Virus record (IMG/VR): IMGVR_UViG_3300024239_000017
From: a virus
Strand: one strand, 5' to 3'
DNA length: 64,000 nt
Shown here one piece after another: positions 60,512 to 64,000 of the stretch; the first letter of the stretch is position 1, and each line of letters opens with the position of its first letter. The notes beneath the pieces are model-generated. The model saw nothing but the letters and a program-made list of their open reading frames with translations, made no database searches and had not been told where the DNA came from. The position numbers were made by a program, and so were the translations under genes.

Positions 60512-61038
60512 CTCTTACAATTTTTACTTTTATCTATAAAATCTATTATATTATTCACTATTTTATTTGCGTCTGATATAAACCCTTTTCTTATAAAAGC
60601 ATCTGCTACACTTATTAAATCTCTATACCTAAGTATTTTCTGTGTTAAAATTATATCAGCATCACAATCACTTTTTATATCGTAATTGTTTATTAATAGT
60701 TCGTCTAATTTACTTTGAATTGTTGTTGTTTTAAGATAGAATCTTTTTTTATTGAATCTATCTGGCGATCCTTTTATAGTTATTTCATATATACCATCAG
60801 GTAAGTCATAATACTCTTCTCCACAAGTACCACAATTGAGTTTTAAATTATGTGAATTAAGTATGTTAACACTGTTTTTTTTATAATTTAATACAACAGG
60901 ATTTTTCATTCCTGGGGTAATAATTTCTATTATAGATGGTTTATTAGAAATATGTTCCCATACTGAAGTATCTAAGATGATAATTTTTTTTGGGTCATTA
61001 GAATCATATACTTGGAAGTCAAGATCTATATTTCTCAT
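60493..61038 (-). CDS. conserved crAss-like tail-associated protein
   Basis: D.S.W, I.I..PG, LPDGIYEI motif. Confidence 0.65.
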   Translation of the reverse strand: MRNIDLDFQVYDSNDPKKIIILDTSVWEHISNKPSIIEIITPGMKNPVVLNYKKNSVNILNSHNLKLNCGTCGEEYYDLPDGIYEITIKGSPDRFNKKRFYLKTTTIQSKLDELLINNYDIKSDCDADIILTQKILRYRDLISVADAFIRKGFISDANKIVNNIIDFIDKSKNCKRCPHKV

Positions 61039-61042
61039 TTTA

Positions 61043-61074
61043 CAAATTTATTAATAATATTTCATTTACACAAA
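61043..61074 (-). promoter_or_regulatory. Bacteroidota-type promoter, leaderless geometry
   Basis: TTTG-N20-TAAATTTG-N4-ATG. Confidence 0.7.
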
Positions 61075-61090
61075 TGTATTGATTTTGATA

Positions 61091-61693
61091 TTAAAACTCA
61101 AAAATCTTATAAGATACCCCTATACCAACGTATACAGGTACTCTTTGAACATTAATATTTTTTTTATCTATATTTATCTGACCACCAGTACCTAATTGTA
61201 ATGATAGTGATAATTTTTTACTTCTAGATTTATTTAATTCTTTTATTAATTTAATCTCCTCTGTTTTATTTTTAATTATATTATCCTTATAAACTATAAT
61301 ACTATCTTTACTTATTATAACTTTATTTAAGTTATTTTCTATCGTGTCTTTAGTATTCAATGCTTTTTCTAATAGTGATATTTTATTATTATAACTACTG
61401 TATACTGTATCACAATCTTTATTATCTACTATAGGTATTTTATAATCTTTTGCCTTTTTTCTAAGCAAATTTTCTTCTTTCTTTAAAGGAATATTTTTAC
61501 TATTTATATTTTTTATGACGTCATATAAGCTATCTATTTTAGCATAAGCTTTTTTGTCTTTAGAATGAATAATTTTTATCTTTCCCATTATTTCTTTATC
61601 TTCCTGAGTTTTTTTACCTACAGAATTTCCAATGTAAAAAGAGATAATTATTGTTACTATTAATATTCCTAATATATATAAGTACTTTTTCAT
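61091..61693 (-). CDS. TM plus coiled-coil protein, spanin-like (start revised to MKKYL)
   Basis: N-terminal TM, coiled coil, C-terminal beta strands YVGIGVSYKIF. Confidence 0.55.
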   Translation of the reverse strand: MKKYLYILGILIVTIIISFYIGNSVGKKTQEDKEIMGKIKIIHSKDKKAYAKIDSLYDVIKNINSKNIPLKKEENLLRKKAKDYKIPIVDNKDCDTVYSSYNNKISLLEKALNTKDTIENNLNKVIISKDSIIVYKDNIIKNKTEEIKLIKELNKSRSKKLSLSLQLGTGGQINIDKKNINVQRVPVYVGIGVSYKIFEF

Positions 61694-61697
61694 AATT

Positions 61698-61730
61698 AAA
61701 AAAGGCGGTAGGAAATCCACCTACCGCCTT
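61698..61730 (-). terminator. strong intrinsic terminator
   Basis: AAGGCGGTAGG/CCTACCGCCTT stem plus T-run. Confidence 0.85.
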
Positions 61731-61745
61731 GTATTTATAAAGTTA

Positions 61746-63692
61746 TTATTTTACTTCAAAATCAATTCCAGCAGAACCTGCTAGTTTTTGGAATAATTGC
61801 TCCATATTATCTGTTCTACCGTAAGGTACTAAAACGTGATAAGTTATGTAAGAATATTCTTTACTATTTATTCCTGCTTTATTGTCCTTCTCAATTGTAA
61901 AGAAAATATCAGAGTACTGTTGTAGACCGTTAAGTCTTGACTTAGAACCTGTTAAATCTCTTTCAACATAAGATCTGTATGGTTTTTCATCTAAGAAGTA
62001 GAATCTTCCTTTTTGTTCCCATTCTCTTAAGTTTCCACCTAAGTTATCTAAATCTTGTGCTCTTTCTAATTGAAGAACTCTCCATGTTCCTTTAGGAACT
62101 ATAGCATTCATTGAATAATCAATTGGATAACCTCCTGATAATGAAATGATTCTAGTAGAAGTCATTACAAATGGCAGTTCATCTAAAGTATACTCACTTG
62201 GATTTAATACAATAGGTTTAGCTTTAATTTCAAAACCACATTTTGTACCTGTTGAAGCTACTTCTGTTGTGTAAGGATACCAATAATCATTCATTCCGAA
62301 TCTTACAGGTGCTTCTGAACTAAATACTTGTTGTACAATAGCTTGGTTACATCCTTCACTATAACTGAAATCAGTAGTAACTGTTGTTTCAAATACTGAT
62401 ACACAATTTTGGTTAAGAACTTGTGTGATTGTTAAATCAGGATAAGCTTCTTGAATGTCAGCCAATCTAGTTCCGTTACAATCGTCCGCTACCATAATTC
62501 TATACTTAGCTGTAGAAGCTGTAAATGTACCACACTCAACCCACGCATGTGTAACAGGCGCCGCTGTACTTTGACAGAAAGCTTCTTTTTCACCTAAGAA
62601 TTTTACAAGTGCAGTAGGATTTGCAGTTTTGAAAGCTGTAATCTCTGCTGAAGTTAATTCTGATGTGAAAGATACTAAATAGTGTCCTACTCCAAAATCA
62701 CTTCCTGTTTTAACTGCTTCTATAACATTTAAAGATAATCCTTCTACTGTAGTAGATAAATCAACTCCTTCGTCAGATAAAGCAACTCCGTATACAAAAG
62801 CAGTCTCAACTAGCTCTGTATTTGCAGGACATTCCTCGCAACCAACTAATACGCTACCTATTGTTTGAGAATAAGGTGCTGGATTATAAGCAGCAGGAAC
62901 AGTCATAACAAACTTATCTGTAAAAGTATCTCTTTTAATATCTACTCCTGGATATTGAGCAGAAACCATTGATAATTCATGTTCTCCACCGAATCCGCAA
63001 TATTCTAAACACATTTGCTTATATGCAACAGGAGTTGCGTTAGCTGTAGGTGTATCGAAAATAGGATAAATATCAAAGAACTGTGATAATTTTTGACCTC
63101 CTGGTAAGTCATAATCGTTCAATCTTTTTACCATAGAAAGTGTGTGCTCTCTACAATCTACTGGGTCACAAGGAGATCCTAGTGAATCGCAAATTGTTTC
63201 CAATTCATCGTTGGGAACATTTATAAGTGTTCTAACTGTATAAGTGTCAGTGTTATTGAAGAAAGTTGCAGCAATACCTCCGATTGTCATTTGGAATTCT
63301 AATGTCTGCCCTTTATGAAACTTAAATGAAGTACTATCTTCTACTCCATCCCAACCTACTCTCCAGTAGTCTACTTTTTGCTCTTTTTGTTTAGGGTGAG
63401 CTATACCTACTTTTTTTACGTTCTTTAAGGAGAAATCTAATGTTCTAGCATTCTTATCAGATCCCATTCTACCTGTATCTTTCTTTGTACCGAACATTAC
63501 AGATAAAAGCTCGTCTTTAGAAATATCACTAAAAGTAGATAATGCTTTTAAACCATTTTTCTTAACTTTTAGTTTATCTTTTGAAAAGATACCTAAAGTA
63601 TCTAGAGGTAAATCTAATGAATACCCTGATGTCATTACTGCTCCTGAAGGAGAAACGCCTAAATGACGTACGTCACTACCGTGTAAACTCAT
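61746..63692 (-). CDS. major structural protein, 648 aa (auxiliary capsid/decoration-like)
   Basis: follows ring gene as in crAss-like head modules; followed by strong terminator. Confidence 0.55.
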   Translation of the reverse strand: MSLHGSDVRHLGVSPSGAVMTSGYSLDLPLDTLGIFSKDKLKVKKNGLKALSTFSDISKDELLSVMFGTKKDTGRMGSDKNARTLDFSLKNVKKVGIAHPKQKEQKVDYWRVGWDGVEDSTSFKFHKGQTLEFQMTIGGIAATFFNNTDTYTVRTLINVPNDELETICDSLGSPCDPVDCREHTLSMVKRLNDYDLPGGQKLSQFFDIYPIFDTPTANATPVAYKQMCLEYCGFGGEHELSMVSAQYPGVDIKRDTFTDKFVMTVPAAYNPAPYSQTIGSVLVGCEECPANTELVETAFVYGVALSDEGVDLSTTVEGLSLNVIEAVKTGSDFGVGHYLVSFTSELTSAEITAFKTANPTALVKFLGEKEAFCQSTAAPVTHAWVECGTFTASTAKYRIMVADDCNGTRLADIQEAYPDLTITQVLNQNCVSVFETTVTTDFSYSEGCNQAIVQQVFSSEAPVRFGMNDYWYPYTTEVASTGTKCGFEIKAKPIVLNPSEYTLDELPFVMTSTRIISLSGGYPIDYSMNAIVPKGTWRVLQLERAQDLDNLGGNLREWEQKGRFYFLDEKPYRSYVERDLTGSKSRLNGLQQYSDIFFTIEKDNKAGINSKEYSYITYHVLVPYGRTDNMEQLFQKLAGSAGIDFEVK

Positions 63693-63712
63693 TTTATTAA
63701 ATTATTTTATTG

Positions 63713-64000
63713 TTATAAACTTTTTTTGGCAAAAATATTATGAATTTGCCATCTTTCTGAATTATTGTTAATATCAAAACCACTTGCTGTGGCAGATAAT
63801 ATTCTATTTATTGCTTTTTCGTCGAAATCAACTTCTTGATTATCATCAAAATCTGATTCTGGATTGTTAGGATCTATTAAACTGTGTTTTGTTGGGTATC
63901 TATAGTAAGATAATATTAAAGAATTCACTGTGAAATCAGTATAAAATACATTTACTGAATTAGATCCTATAGTAATAAAAGATTCCCTATATTCAAAACT
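63713..64000 (-). CDS. crAss-like ring/adaptor protein, partial (5' end off right edge)
   Basis: frame open to 64000: SFEYRESF...YYRYP...I. Confidence 0.6.
   Translation of the reverse strand, partial: SFEYRESFITIGSNSVNVFYTDFTVNSLILSYYRYPTKHSLIDPNNPESDFDDNQEVDFDEKAINRILSATASGFDINNNSERWQIHNIFAKKSL

Noticed and set aside
925-60685. Short plus-strand ORFs in the ORF track
   Set aside because: All are antisense to minus-strand genes or regulatory DNA, with no recognisable motifs; treated as shadow ORFs.
1-64000. Stop-codon reassignment as in some crAss-like phages
   Set aside because: Long genes are intact in the standard code; TAG (42147, 59866) and TGA (ATGA overlaps, e.g. 7761) end genes at sensible boundaries.
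1-64000. tRNA genes
   Set aside because: Intergenic gaps are short and AT-rich and no cloverleaf was recognised by eye; tRNAscan-SE would confirm.

Overview
This 64 kb, very AT-rich window is part of a tailed dsDNA phage genome of the crAss-like/Bacteroidota (probably Flavobacteriia) podovirus lineage. All credible genes are on the minus strand. In transcription order (right to left): crAss-type ring and structural genes; Cys-rich tail and fibre genes; a lysis cassette (GH108 endolysin plus membrane proteins); ring, IHF-like and 2088-aa tail-stabilisation genes; a block of large internal (ejected) virion proteins (SLT, 995, 981, 1953, 675, 1330 and 1817 aa); a second fibre/beta-propeller module; and a replication/accessory region. 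That region encodes exonucleases, Prim-Pol, a DHH phosphoesterase, a GIY-YIG endonuclease, an ATP-dependent ligase, an intein-containing metallophosphoesterase, an ATP-grasp protein, a DnaB-like helicase and two C5-methyltransferase-like genes. Transcription appears to use repeated host-type Bacteroidota promoters (TTTG-N19/20-TAnnTTTG), often right after a terminator and several apparently leaderless; no virion RNA polymerase motif was seen. Top observation: four consecutive giant cargo proteins (5775 aa in total) contain only six cysteines, all at the facing C- and N-termini of neighbouring genes, suggesting a head-to-tail disulfide-linked ejection chain. Second: a two-hairpin element with complementary loops precedes the GIY-YIG gene. 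Family assignments come from motif recognition only; no searches were run.
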